From Lama glama (Eukaryota), in NCBI GenBank assembly GCA_028534125.1, contig CM052817.1, positions 53,322,001 to 53,386,000 of the forward strand: a DNA stretch of 64,000 nucleotides. The letters are read 5' to 3'. The notes beneath the pieces were generated by a model, which was not told the DNA's origin, made no database searches, and saw only the letters and a program-made list of their open reading frames with translations. Below are positions 14,640 to 27,403 of the stretch, one piece after another; position 1 is the stretch's first letter, and each line of letters opens with the position of its first letter. A program made the position numbers and the translations under genes.

Positions 14640-14870
14640 AGGCTAAGATATTTGTCTCAGGATTCAGAAGATCTGAGTTCAAACCTCAGTTGGAACTTAA
14701 AGTTGTGTGACCTACGATGTTACTACTACTACCTGAGATTTCACATCTTTAAAGTAGATATAATATTAACATACATCCAATAATGCTATTTTTATGATCA
14801 AGTGAAATAAAAATATATAAGGTACTTAGTACTACCTTCCCCACAGGAATCACACAATTAATGCCATGAT
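14640..14870 (+). mobile_element. MIR SINE
   Basis: ggattcagaagatctgagttcaaacctcag...gttgtgtgacct...tttcacatctttaaagt. Confidence 0.6.
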
Positions 14871-15189
14871 TGTTGTTGTCATGGCTACTCACGGTCTATG
14901 GGGTAGGAGCAAGGAGTTCCAAGGTCTGGAGAAGCTTATAGTCTCACTACAGACAGAAAATGAACTGCTGAAAAAAACTCGGGACATCAGACTTTATTAG
15001 AGAGAATAAAAAGGATTCAAATGAACCCAATATCAAAACCTGGAACCTTGGAGAGAGCACTTATTGCAAGGAATGTTTCAAATATAAATTAACTACAGTA
15101 GTTCCATCTCTTTGGGCAACTCATCTCCTCCAAACCTCAGTTTTCTTCATAAGTAAAATGACATATGTGGCTTACATTCACTGAAGGAT

Positions 15190-15395
15190 ACTCTTTGCCA
15201 GGTATTGTTTAAATATTCAAAACAATCCATCTTATAAGTCAAGTTCAATAATTATTCCTCTTTCACAGATGAGTAAATAAATTCCAGAGAGGTGACATAA
15301 AATGCCCAAGATCACCCCAAATTTACTGCCGGAACAAAGCCATCTAGTTTGGCTCTAGAGTTCATACTCTGAGTTACTGGGTAATTCTGCCTCCA
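15190..15395 (-). mobile_element. MIR SINE
   Basis: tgccaggtattgtt...tttcacagatgagtaa...agagaggtgacataaaatgcccaagatcac is an antisense MIR core. Confidence 0.65.
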
Positions 15396-15592
15396 CTAGA
15401 TCAGCATGGAAACTATTTGTAAGGTTTCTCTAAAGATGAAGTGCAGCCCAATGCGTGGAAAACAATAAGCACAGAGCCTGTCACATAGAGCAACTGCAAT
15501 GCATTTTAGCTATTACCATTAATATAACATCATTGAAAAGAAGAGGCCGCTAAAATCTGACACCTTTGTCATACAGAAAGTACTTAAATGTA

Positions 15593-15809
15593 CAGTTGAC
15601 CCTTGCACAAAGCAGGCTTAAACTGCACAAATTCATGTATATATGGAGTTTTTCAAGAAATTCTACTACAGCACTATACAGTCCATAGTTGGTTGAATTT
15701 ACAGATGTCAAACCACACGTACAGGGGGCCGACTGTAAAGTTATACTTGAATTTTCAACTGTGTGAAGGGTTGGTGCCCCTAACTCCCATGTTGTTTAGG
15801 GATCAACTG
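15593..15809. mobile_element. TcMar-Tigger non-autonomous element (Tigger2a/MER8-like MITE)
   Basis: TA|cagttgacccttg ... tagggatcaactg|TA: terminal inverted repeats flanked by a TA target duplication. Confidence 0.85.
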
Positions 15810-15862
15810 TATTTTTTTCCGTACCAAAAAAGAAAAAAAAACAAATTTGAAAGTTAAATTTC

Positions 15863-15895
15863 ATTGCTTCTTGGCCTTTTGGCTAAGATCAAGTG
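15863..15895 (+). pseudogene. 3'-truncated U2 snRNA retrocopy (U2 nt 1-33)
   Basis: attgcttcttggccttttggctaagatcaagtg versus U2 ATCGCTTCTCGGCCTTTTGGCTAAGATCAAGTG: 31/33 identical, both mismatches are CpG C>T. Flanked by the near-direct repeat aaagttaaatttc / aaagctaaattc. Confidence 0.92.
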
Positions 15896-16589
15896 AAAGC
15901 TAAATTCATGATTCAAAGAAGAAACTGAGTGCTTATTTGTGTGAATGGCTTAAGAAGCAATATTTCCCATGCTCTCATATCTGTTACTGTATTTTTATAT
16001 GGTTACAAAATTTTCTAATCATAGCTCCCACTCCATTTTTTGTCAAAGCACATTGCTATTATAAGAATAATAAAATAATATATGTTTTTAAAATATAATA
16101 TTATCCAAGTTTATGGGGAAGTTTTCTTTATCTGACCCTAATTAGAGTGAATTAGCACAACTCTGTGGGCTTATACATTATATTTAGCTTTTTTGAGCCA
16201 CCCTAGTAACCAATGTGACAGTGAATGTGAAAAGAGTCTTACAAATTGTAAAATTATTTTTAAAAGTAGAGGAATTTATCTATTTTTACCAACATGACTC
16301 CAAAAGATCTATTTCAAAAAAAATTTTAGCCTATGTCTCCAATGTAAGTTTGCAGTTCACTTTAATTCTTCCATTACCCCATTATGTTAAATATATATCT
16401 CAAGCCAAATCCATTGTTTCCTTCCCATTAAACCAGTAGCTTCTTTCAGCCTATAGGAAAGTGTGGTATTACAAAAGACAATGAAATTTCTAGGTAATGG
16501 TAGATTCAAAGAAACCAGAGCGTATGTCTTCAGACTTCTAATTCAACACACTTCTACTGCAGGTGAGCAGATAATGTCAGATAATGTTA

Positions 16590-16830
16590 GAGAGACAGTA
16601 TAACATGGTGTTTCAGGCATTCTGAATCTGCAATACGTGGGTATGATTCTTTGCTCTGCTGTTTCTTAGGTTTATGACCTTAGGAAAGTTACTTAACCTC
16701 TTGTGCTTCTGTTTTCACATCTTAATCCAATATACTTCAAATGGTCTCTCTGGGGACTAAATGTACTAATTTATGTAAAGTGCCTAGAAGAATCTGACAT
16801 ATGTCATATGTTAAATAAGTGTGAGAAGTT
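16590..16830 (+). mobile_element. MIR SINE
   Basis: tatgaccttaggaaagttacttaacctcttgtgcttctgttttcacatct...atgtaaagtgcctagaagaatctgacat. Confidence 0.8.
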
Positions 16831-19064
16831 CTTAAATTATATTTGTAATTTGAACATGCTAATTAATCATCCCTTCTCCCTTTCAAGTTCTGATCAATAA
16901 TAACAGACATAAAAATTCAAATGGAATTAACACACAGTATCATACGGTACACATAATTTACATACAGTAGAGTTAGACTAGAGGATATGATGGTATCTTC
17001 TATCCCACTTGGGACTGAAATCTCAAGACCCACACAAGCCTGCCTTCCTCAGGGAGAGAGGCCAGTAGATGATATAAAATATTTCCTCAGAACCATCTCT
17101 CTACCCGAGCTGGAAGTTTTGGCCAGACGAAAAGAATCAGAGAGGAGAGTACACTTGGAAGGTGGGAGGGCAAGGGAATGAGAATGCGCTGATAGCAACT
17201 GCTACTTTGAAAAGGGGGAAACCAATGGATATGAAACTCAGAAATCAGGTAAGTCACTCGGCATCCTAAAGCAAAGGTGAGTGAGGTGATAGAAATGTGG
17301 CTTGTAAGTGTTCACCAGGCTACTCCTCCCTTGAGAAAAGAAGCTGAACTTTTTCTTCTCCTTAAAGGAAAACGAAAAATCTCAAACAAAAGCATGGTGA
17401 GGGAATAAGCATTCTTTGACCAGAGATTTCATAGGGATTGGGACATTGGTGGGTTAGAAACACTTCCTGCAAGTGTTTGCTCTTTTGACAAACATTGGAC
17501 CATAGTATGTGACAGGGATTGTGCTTCCACAGGATGAAAAAAATAATAAGCAAAGATTAATAGATTCACTGATGTATGGATTTTAGTTCTCATTAAGCAA
17601 ATTAGTTAGAGGAAGGTGCTTAGAATTCTTCAAAAGACCATGTGCTCCACAATGCATAGGTAATAATATCCCCCCCAATAGATTAGAGTGTCCAACACAA
17701 ATTCTTTGCAATCTCCCAGGATATATTCTTAAGCATTCTACAAGTATTTGATCTAGTGCTGAGGGAGCTGGACTAGATAAAAGACTCTCAAACCTTTTCT
17801 TAGTACAGACTCCTTCAAGTAGATAAAACTCTTATTTAAAACCTTGAAATGTAAGCTAATAAAAGATTCTCTGCTTGGTCTCTCCATCATCATCTTCACC
17901 TTCCCCTGAGGAGGCCTGAAAAACTTTCATCTCTAAAGGACATATTTGAAGACCACTGGACTCATGAGCAACAAGGATTTTCTTCCCAGTTTACTAAAGT
18001 GCTAATTCTAAGGAAGTCTATCTTTAGCACACATAGCCAGAAAGCTTAAATGAAAAGACACTGCTAGCAGAATCCTCTTTTAAAACATTCTTTTCTTTAA
18101 AGTGCAACCAGAAAATAAGAAAAAAAACCCCACACGTTTCTAAGAATGTCTTAGTAAACATATATTTTTTTCTAAATTATGATCAAAAAAGTTATTCATT
18201 ATAAAGATGATACTATATAAGTAAATTAAAATACTGTTTTTGCTCTAAATTTGCTTAAAATAGTTTTTTGCTTAAGCATAAAGTATATTAATAAAACATT
18301 CAAATAAGATGTTTAGCAAATTTTCCTGCTTTTAGAGCTTTCTTTTGTCAAGTTCTCTAAATTGAAGCTATTGTAATAATTATAGCTAGTCTATTTCTAT
18401 GTATTTCTAAGTATTTACAAAAAAATTTAAGCCTGAATAATATGTTTACAGACACATGAATTAAAATACGTCCTGTCAAGTATTCCTTTGCCCTCATACA
18501 TAATATCATAACATATATCAATACAGTATTTTGTAATGACAGCTCTAGCTGTTTTTCTTCCGTGCCTCTGTTCTTCCTGCTTCTTTAAAATACAGACCAT
18601 TGAGAAGAAGTGAAGCCATTAGAATACCCATTTTATATTAGCACTCATAGTACGCAGTAACGTTGAATGAAAAATTGGCAAAGGATAAGAGCTTGACAGG
18701 GTTTTTTCTGTGCTTTGCTATTTTTCCTGGGCACATGCAGATGGCTATTTAAGAATGGGCACAGTGTTCAGCCTGAGGTTTGCCAACAATGAGGACTTAG
18801 AAGGTAGAATAAAGAAAGTCATCAATGAGCACAGTAATGGCAGGAAATGGTTCAAAAGAGAGCCTTGTGTTGCATACAGAAATATCCTAAAGTGCCTAAA
18901 GTAACTTCAGTAATCATTCATTATAAAATTTAGGTTTTCAATTTTGGAAGAGTGTACCTAGCCAAAAAACAAAAAAAGAAGGAAAGAAAAAAAGAAAAAA
19001 AATCTGAGCTGAATAATGTAGTTACCTAAAAGCTTTGGAAATTCAGTCTTCATAACTAGAATGT

Positions 19065-19250
19065 CATTAATCCATTTATTTTTCATTTATAGAATCAACA
19101 AATATTTATAGCTTGTTAATGATGTGCCAGGCACTATACTAGGAACCAGAGATAAAGCATGGGCCAGACAGCATTAGGTATGCTTTTACAGAACTTTCAT
19201 CTAAATAAAATAGACATACAGTTAAACACACAAATCAAATTACAAGTGAT
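19065..19250 (-). mobile_element. L2 3' end fragment
   Basis: tcaacaaatatttat...atgtgccaggcactatactaggaaccagagataaagc. Confidence 0.7.
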
Positions 19251-19279
19251 GTGTCCCATAAGATATTTTCTCTAGGAAG

Positions 19280-19520
19280 CTGTGTGGTCTACTGGAGGGA
19301 CCATGAATTTTGAGGTTCCTGACAACTGCTTTCAAGATCCTCACTCAGACACATGCCAGTTTTGCTACCTTAGAAAAGTTATTTAACTTGTATGAGACCA
19401 TTTCACTAAGTGAACAATAGCTACACTGCTTGATAGTTTTGCCTCAAACATTAAATGAAACAGTGAACATAAAGGACATTATACCTGGCACATGCATATA
19501 TTTAAGATTTTGTATCTGCT
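19280..19520 (+). mobile_element. MIR SINE
   Basis: gctaccttagaaaagttatttaacttgtatgagacc...acctggcacat. Confidence 0.6.
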
Positions 19521-19770
19521 GTCCCAAGTTTTCAATAATAAAAGCAGAGATTAATGAGGTCCTAACACTTTATCTAAATTATTCTCAGAGAAATTCTGTG
19601 GGCCATTCCAAAGTCATTACTGTAATTACAGTGAAAACTTTGATTTTTGATGTGTGTAATGGTATTTCAAAAGAATTAATTTTATTCTTTCCTTTTATTG
19701 TATCTTGCTTTAATTTTTCCTATACACAAATATTTTATTTTTATAACCTTAGGAGGGATACTAAAAAGCT

Positions 19771-20352
19771 GAGTTGACCCTCATTACTTATAGATCTTGT
19801 ATATGCCAATTTGCCTAGTGGCTAACATTTATTTATAACCGCTAAATCAATATTCACAGAGCTTTGATGTGATTTGCTGACATGTGCGGAGTGAAGGAAA
19901 ATTTGAGTTGCCCAGTTGCCATGTTCCCACGTGAGGTGAGAGGAAGCAACACTCTGCCTTCTTCTCTGGCTCTCATACAGATGTCACTTGGGATGGAGAC
20001 GTGGGGGGAGTGTGGTTAATGCAAGAAGCTCCTGCTCAGGGTCCAGCTGGATGGGGTTTGAATCCCAACCCTGGCACCTGTTAGTGGGGGGGGGGCTCAG
20101 GCAAATCACTTATTCTGAACCTTTGTCTTCTCTTTAGTAAAATAAAAAATAAAATAAAATCTACCAGGATGAGTTGTTTTTATGGTTTAAGATTATAATC
20201 TATGTGAGCTATATGTGTTTGTAGTATGCTGTTAGGTAGATACATAGGTAGAGACGAATATATTTCCCCTAGAAACAATAATTCAGTGTTTGCTAATTCA
20301 GCATTTGTAAGACTTTATTGAATGTAACTACCACAAATAACAGAATTGATTG
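19771..20352. mobile_element. Tigger-family element with MER82-like ends and an internal MIR-like segment (Tigger9-like)
   Basis: 5' agttgaccctcattac...aatttgcctagtggctaacatttattt...ctctgccttcttctctggctctcatac and 3' tatttcccctagaaacaataattcagtgtttgctaattcag...aactaccacaaataacagaattgattg|ta match recalled MER82-type ends. Confidence 0.75.
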
Positions 20353-20367
20353 TAATTTTTTGTTTTA

Positions 20368-20569
20368 CAGTTGACCCTTGAACAACACAGGTTTGAACTG
20401 CATGGATCCACTTCCATGTGGATATTTTCTTCAGTAAACACTCACTACAGTACTACACGATCTGCAGGTGTGAAATCACGGATAAGGGGGACCGACCAGA
20501 AAGTTATACCAGGATTTTTGACTACCTTGGGATTGGTACCCCTAATACACATTGTTCAAGGGTCAACTA
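20368..20569. mobile_element. Second Tigger2a/MER8-like MITE
   Basis: TA|cagttgacccttgaacaa ... ttgttcaagggtcaacta: long terminal inverted repeat, same family as 15593-15809. Confidence 0.85.
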
Positions 20570-22634
20570 TGTATAGTTAAAATTTTATTTTCAACTCCAT
20601 GTGCTATTAAAGTAATTACTAAAAAATAAACTATACTTTGGAACATAACCCAAATACTTTGGTTAATTTCCTTTTGGAATAGGAAAAGGCATTAATGTTA
20701 GTCTTAGGGGGCAGTGAGTTTCACTCAGGAGATAGAGTTTACACTTCATGATAAAGTGATCCAACTCTCCCTATTTTTTGCATAGTAAAGCAATTTTGAG
20801 TGCATTTGTTACTTCCATAGATAAAATTTTGAAAAGACAACATGGTCTGAAAGTTTAATGTTACAATTTGTGAAAACAAGAATTATCAGACTCTGTCACA
20901 TTTCAACTGCTTACGTAACTGAATTACATAGTAAAAAATATGTGAAATAACAATGAATATAAGACCCCTCAGTACTCTGTAACAATATAGTTTGTGAAAA
21001 CAGAGACAATTCACGTACCTATGTTTAGACTGATTATCAATAGCTATCTATATAATTAGATATAATACTGCAGTTTTTAAAAATTCCATTATTTGAAATT
21101 AAATATAGGAAATCCTATTAGGTTTCTTTGAGTTAAAAGAATAATCTTTAAAAATCTGAGATGTAGCTGAACACGATATTCTTACTTTAGCCTTTATAAT
21201 CCAAATACCTCAGAGAGAATAATTTAAACTTAAGCTCTAAGTTACTCAAGATTTTTATCTTAAACAATAGATTCTGAAAACTAATCTATGATAATTTAAA
21301 ACCAATTTTTCTGTGTTCAGCATTAGTCTCTTTAAAAATATTTTCCAAAGAGATTTGTCAGACAATGCAGACTGCAGTTGAAATTGTGATCTCAAAATAT
21401 CCTAAATATGCTATGCAAAATTAGCTGCCCAGAATTAATGTTTATATATATTATTACATATTTTAAACCAAGCTCATTCTCAAAGAACTGGTAGAAAAAA
21501 AGAAATTTCAAAAACTGATTATAGTTAAATAATTCTCATTTGGACAAAAAGTAGTTCCACATTTAGAGTGACCTGCCAGCATACATCCTGGTTTTTATTC
21601 TTTTTTCTCTTCTGCCTCAAATAGCTAATATACAAGGTCCATTAAAACATGTGTTATATATATGAATACTTGTGTTAAAATATGAATAAATGTTATTAGT
21701 GAGAATATGCATCCTATTTCTTTGGATGCTAACCTAAAATAAATTGGCATTTTTCTTCAAAGACTAGTTCATGACAGTGTTGTGACCTCAATTATACTAA
21801 CTCATAATATACTGAGCAGCCCTGCAAGTAGGTGCAAATAGCTAAAATAATCACTTTTTGAAACGATGAAAGTCATAATTACAACACAATTCTGACTCTG
21901 TCACCACATGATTTCTATAAAAAGACGTAAACTTAAGTAGGCAGCTAACTGAATGAAGTTACATAAGTTTCTCAGTGGTCATGTAACCTGAGCACAACTT
22001 CTAGGATTCCTGTTTTTTTACAACGTGAACACAAATCGATCACAGAGACTTTTCTGAATTCAACCATACAAATAGAACTCTATGGATGCCACTATAGGAA
22101 ATAGATGTGAGCAATGTTTAAAATAACATGAGTTAAGTTCCTGGCTCTGTGAATTTGCCACAGAATTAGACATAATAGAAACGAGAAGAAAATGTCTTGA
22201 TATTAAATAAGGATGAGATATTTTTAAGGTGAAATTCAGCATTAAAAATTCTAGCCTCACTAATGGTATGAGTAACTAATAGTCAGCTTATTTGAACTCT
22301 GCTGCCAGGTTACTTCCCCTATGCTACAGTGCTTCCTTGAAATGGCTTTGAAACACAATTACACACTTCATAAATATATTAGCATTCCATTATAGCTGAG
22401 TTCATTATTATATATATTGAAATATACTTTGGATCAAATGATGTTCCTTAAAACTCAACCTTTACCAAAAAGTCTTATAAATAAGATGATAAGCCTACAA
22501 GGTAAGCATTCAAGTTGCGCCTTCAAATCAGCAGAATTACAGCCTATACCATTCTTCAGAATCATAAGCCAGGAAAATATCAAAGAAGCAAAACATAGTA
22601 CACTTCCATAAGGCCAACATCATGTAAACTAGGC

Positions 22635-23100
22635 TGTGATAGGAAGAATAAGGTCCCCCCAAACAGGTCTACATCCTAATCCCCAGAACCAAAGGATGTT
22701 GTCTTACATGATAAAAGGCATTTTTGCAGATGTGATTCAATTGAGAATATTAAAACAGGGAGATTATTCTGGATTATCCATATAGGCCCAAAATAATCAC
22801 AAGGCCCCTTACAAGGCTAAGGAGGAAGACAGGAGAGACAGATCAAAAAGATGATAATGTCAAAAGGATTCAGTCCAATCTCGCTAACTATGAAGATAAC
22901 GGAATGGGGCCATGAACCAAGGAAATGCAACTGGCCTTTAAAAACTGAAAGAAAATATAGTAAAAGATTCTCTCAGAGCCTCCAGAAGCAACCCTGCCAA
23001 CAACACTGGGATTTTAACCCAGTGAGACAGACCGTTTATGGACACTCATTTTGGACTTCAGACCACTACAGCTGTGAGTGTGTGTATGTGTGTGTGTTTA
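22635..23100 (+). mobile_element. MaLR solo LTR, MLT1D-like
   Basis: tgtgataggaagaataaggtcccccc...cctaatccccagaacc...tttgcagatgtgatt...gggagattattctggattatcc...gattctctcagagcctccagaag. Confidence 0.85.
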
Positions 23101-23109
23101 AGCAGATTA

Positions 23110-23250
23110 TTATTTTGGAGGTGATGGAACTATTCTGTACCTTATTTATGTTTGTAACTATGTGTCAGTATGTTTTTATTAAATCTCACAGAACTGTATA
23201 ATAAGAGTACTAAATTTTACTGCAAGTAAATATAAAAAATTTTTAAAGGT
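23110..23250 (+). mobile_element. Old L1 (L1MC-like) 3' end fragment
   Basis: ttttggaggtgatggaactattctgtacctt...tctcacagaactgta...aattttactg. Confidence 0.65.
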
Positions 23251-23624
23251 AATTTTAATTGTGAAGAAGTGTTTCAAATTTGTATTTAGATAATTCTCTG
23301 ATTTTGTTTCCCATGTATAATATTGCATTTTACCATCATCTTCAAAAAGTAAATTAATATATTCCTTTTTCATTAAATACATTTAAAATATTCATATTGA
23401 TTGAATTGGAATCTTTTGTGTGTGACCATTGACACTGTTTTGAAGAAATGGAAAATTTATAATTCAATTACTTATTCCTTGAATAAAAATGTATTGTTTA
23501 TTCTATGTACTATATTTCAGTTGAGACAAGCATGAATGGAAAGATAATGTTGAAATCCTGAAAAGTTTCATTAGAAATCTAAGAAATGTCACAATTTAGG
23601 AACAGTGATAAACTATTCAATAAT

Positions 23625-24020
23625 TTGATTCATAAAATTCATATTCTTTGGCACCAATCAAAAATTACCAGACATGCAAAAAAAATAGGATAATAAGAGT
23701 CATAACACAGAGTAAAAACTACCAATATAAACAGACCCAGAAATGACAAAGATGGTGAAATTCACCAGCAAATATTTCAAACATATATTATAAATTTTTT
23801 TTAATTAAAGGAAATTTAAAACAAAATTTTGCAGAGACACTGGAGTTAGCAGATTTGACAGTGCAGAAGAAAATAGCCATGAACTTGAAAGACAGAATTG
23901 AAATACACCAAACAAGAGGACAGAGGATAAAAGGGTTGGTAAATATGAACAAATCTATGGGTGATCAATGGGACCATATCATGCAATCTATACTGTAATT
24001 GAAGTCACAGGAGATGAGTC
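23625..24020 (+). mobile_element. Ancient L1 5'/ORF1-region fragment
   Basis: caatcaaaaattaccagacatgcaaa...aaacagacccagaaatgacaaagatggtgaaatt...gaacttgaaagacag. Confidence 0.65.
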
Positions 24021-24464
24021 AAAGAGCTTTATTTTATTCCATAGGCTTTATGGTCATATTACTGTATTTGCTTTAAAAAGAATAATCCAACAACACTTTG
24101 TAATATGTATCACACTTGAAAGTGACTGATAACAAGAAGAAAGACTATGAAGGAAGATGATTGCTAGCACAAGTGTGAGATAATACTGATATTAGCAGTA
24201 ATGTTAGCAGAAATAAAATAACAATTACTTGGTTTCTTTAATAAAATTGTTGTTCATTATTTCCTTAACAATACTTTTACAGAATGTCTACTAGAAGCTT
24301 GTGTATTGTACCAAGAGCTGAGGGAGTAAAAAAATGTAGATTATTAGGACAAAAATAGAAAAATGTTATAACAAAGGTATTTGTAAGATATGGGTATTGA
24401 GAGAGAATTCATATTTCCACATATTTTAACAGTTAACTTGCTCTAGACCATCTTCTCCAGAATA

Positions 24465-24930
24465 TTGTTATAAGCAAAGAACATTCGATAAATGGTGGCA
24501 TATCCTACATTCCATGGTAAAAAAAGATAGATATCTCCTCCTACCACCAACCCCAGGTTTACTTACATTCCAGATAGCAAAGGTGGAGATGCCTCCCTCT
24601 CCTTCTAAGCACAAATATGTAGGTCAGTATCATCCAGACAGTGTCTCTCTTCATAGGGGAGTATGGGCAGTTTTCCAGCAATGCTTTTTATAAAATTGAG
24701 GTTTCCTAAACTTCAGGTTCCTCTTCTATAGTACATCACACAGTGTGCACAAGCAATACCTAATCCTCTTTTCATCTCTTTGTGGTAATTGGGGATCAGA
24801 GAACTGGCACAATATGTAACTCTAGCTACTGTAGTAGCAGTAAGACATTTTCTTGTATTTTGGACCTGGGACAGACGAACTTGTTAGCTTGAGGTTGGAT
24901 AAAATCTCATAACTTTTACAGTTTCTGACT
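24465..24930 (+). mobile_element. ERV1-class solo LTR (MER89/MER90/MER110 group)
   Basis: gaggtttcctaaacttcaggttcctc ... aacttgttagcttgaggttggataaaatctcataacttttacagtttctgac end resembles the recalled consensus. Confidence 0.6.
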
Positions 24931-25203
24931 TTCCAATAAGGGTACAAGAGAGAGTACAGATTGAGTACTCAGCACAGAGAAGTTAGGTATAGCTTCATTA
25001 TCACAAGTGACATTGCACTAGACATTGAAGAAATGTCTGCCCTTGTAGGCAGGAGAAGCTGCTTGTTTTTTAAACTAGAGAGCGTTTTTATGAGGTGTAG
25101 TGCCAAAGGCATTTTCAATCTGATAAATAATGACTAATACTTAGCCTGAAGAACAAACAGCAAGTTTTGGAAATGGGAAGTTTTTTTTTTTAAGTATATC
25201 CTC

Positions 25204-27403
25204 TCCAATACATTAAATGAATCATGCACCATGATCAAGTCAGATTTATCCCAGGGATGCAGGGATTTTTCAATATATGCAAATCAACCAACATCATACA
25301 CCACATTAACAAACTGAAGAATAAAAACCACGTGATACTCTCAATAGATGCAGAAGAAGCTTTTGATAAAATTCAGCATCCATTTATGATCAAAACTCTC
25401 CAGAAAGTGGGCATAGATGGAACATACCTCAACATAATAAAGGACATATATGACAAACCGACAGCTAACATCATACTTAATGGGGAAAAGCTGAAAGCTT
25501 TCCCTTCAAGATCAGGAACAAGACAAGGATGCCCACTCTCACTACTTTCATTCAACATAGTTTTGGAAGTCTTAGCCATAGCAATCAGAGAGGAAATAGA
25601 AATAAAAGGAATCCAAATTGGAAATGAAAAAGTAAAACTGTCATTGTTCACAGATGACATGATACTATACATAGAAAACCCTAAAGAAGCAACCAGACAA
25701 CTACTAGAACTAATCAATGAATACGGTAAGTTGCAGAATACAAACTTAACATACAGAAATCAGTTGCATTTCTATACACTAACAATGAAATAGAAAGGGA
25801 AATTAAGGAAACGATATCATTTAACATCATGCCAAAAAGAATAAAATGCCTGGGAATAAACCTTCCCAAGAAGGCAAAAAGACCTGTATGCTGAAAACTA
25901 TAAGATACTGATGAAGGAAATGGAAGACAACATAAACAAATGGAAAGATATATCGTGTTCTTGGATAGGAAGAATCAATACTGTTAAAATGGCCATACTG
26001 CCCAAGGCAATTTACAGATTTAATGCAATCCTCATTAAGTTACCAATGACATTTTTCACAGAACTGGAACAAAACCTTTTAAAATTTGTATGGAAACACG
26101 AAAGACCTCAAATAGCCAAAACAGTCTTGAAAGAGAAGAACAGAGCTGGGGGAATCATGCTCCCTGACTTCAGACTATACTACAAAGCTACATTAATCAA
26201 AACAGTATGGCACTGGCATAAAAACAGACACATAGATCAATGGAACAGGACAGAAAGTCCAGAAATAAACCCATGCACGTATGGTCAGTTAATCTATGAC
26301 AAAGGAGGCAAGAATATACAATGGAGAAAAGACAGTCTCTTCAATAAGTGGTGCTGGGAAAACTGGACAACTACCTGTAAAAGACTGAAATTAGAATATT
26401 CCCTAATACCATGTACAAAAATAAATTCAAAATGGATTAAAGACCTAAATGTGAGACCAGATACTATAAAACTCCTAGAGGAAAACACAGGCAGAACACT
26501 CGTGGACATACATTACAGCAATATATTTTTTGAACCAGCTCCTGGAGTATTGGAAATAAAAGTAAAAATAAACAAATGGGATCTAATTAAACTTAAAAGC
26601 TTTTGCACAGCTAAGGATGCCATCAACAAAACAAAAAAACAGCATACAGAATGGAGAAAATACTTGCAAATGATGTGACTGACAAGGGACTAATTTCCAA
26701 AATATACAAAGAGTTCATACACCTTAATATCAAAGAAACAAGCAACCCAATCCAAAAATGGGCAGAAGACCTAAACAAGCAATTCTCCAATGAAGGCATA
26801 AAAATGGTCAATAGTCACATGAAAAAATGCTCAGAATGCTAATTGTTAGAGAAATGCAGATAAAACTACAATGAAGTATCACTTCAAACCAGCCAGAATG
26901 GCCATCACTGAAGTCTACAAATTACAGATGCTGGAGAGGGTGTGGAGAAAAGAGAACCCTCCTACAATGTTAATGGGAATGTAGATTGGTGCAGCCACTA
27001 TGGATGACAGTATAGAGGTTCCTTAAAAAACTAAAAACAGACTTACTATGTGATCCAACAATCCCACTCCTAGGCATATATCCAGAGAAAAATAAAATTC
27101 AAAAAGACATATGCATCCCAATGTTCACAGCAGCACTATTTATGATAGCCAAGACATGGAAACAATCCAAATGTCCATCCACAGATGACTGGATAAAGAA
27201 GATGCAGTACATATATACAATGGATAAAGAATAAAAGCCATAAAAGGAATAAAATAATGCCATTTGCAGCAATATGGATGGACCTGAAGATTGTCATTCT
27301 AAGTAAAGTGGGCTGGAAAGAGAAAGAAAAATGCTATATGACATTATTTCTATAAGAAATCTAAAAATAATAACAATAATAATAAGGACACAAATGAACT
27401 ATT
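25204..27403 (+). mobile_element. Lineage-specific L1, 5'-truncated, covering ORF2 RT to the proximal 3' UTR; lacks distal 3' UTR and poly(A)
   Basis: ORF track gives [20 protein letters not shown]...GTRQGCPLS...[10 protein letters not shown] and ...[30 protein letters not shown]..., classic L1 ORF2p. Confidence 0.97.
25224..26842 (+). pseudogene. Disrupted L1 ORF2 (reverse transcriptase and C-terminal region)
   Basis: ORFs 25224-25793, 25911-26678 and 26651-26842 are successive ORF2p pieces broken by frameshifts; the catalytic FADD motif reads FTDD. Confidence 0.95.

Noticed and set aside
15863..15895. Functional U2 snRNA gene
   Set aside because: Only the first 33 nt are present, with no Sm site and with CpG decay.
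15593..20569. The two Tigger2a-like copies as ends of one composite transposon
   Set aside because: Each has its own complete inverted termini, so they are independent insertions.
25373..26811. Minus-strand ORFs (114, 71, 62 aa)
   Set aside because: These are antisense shadows of L1 ORF2.
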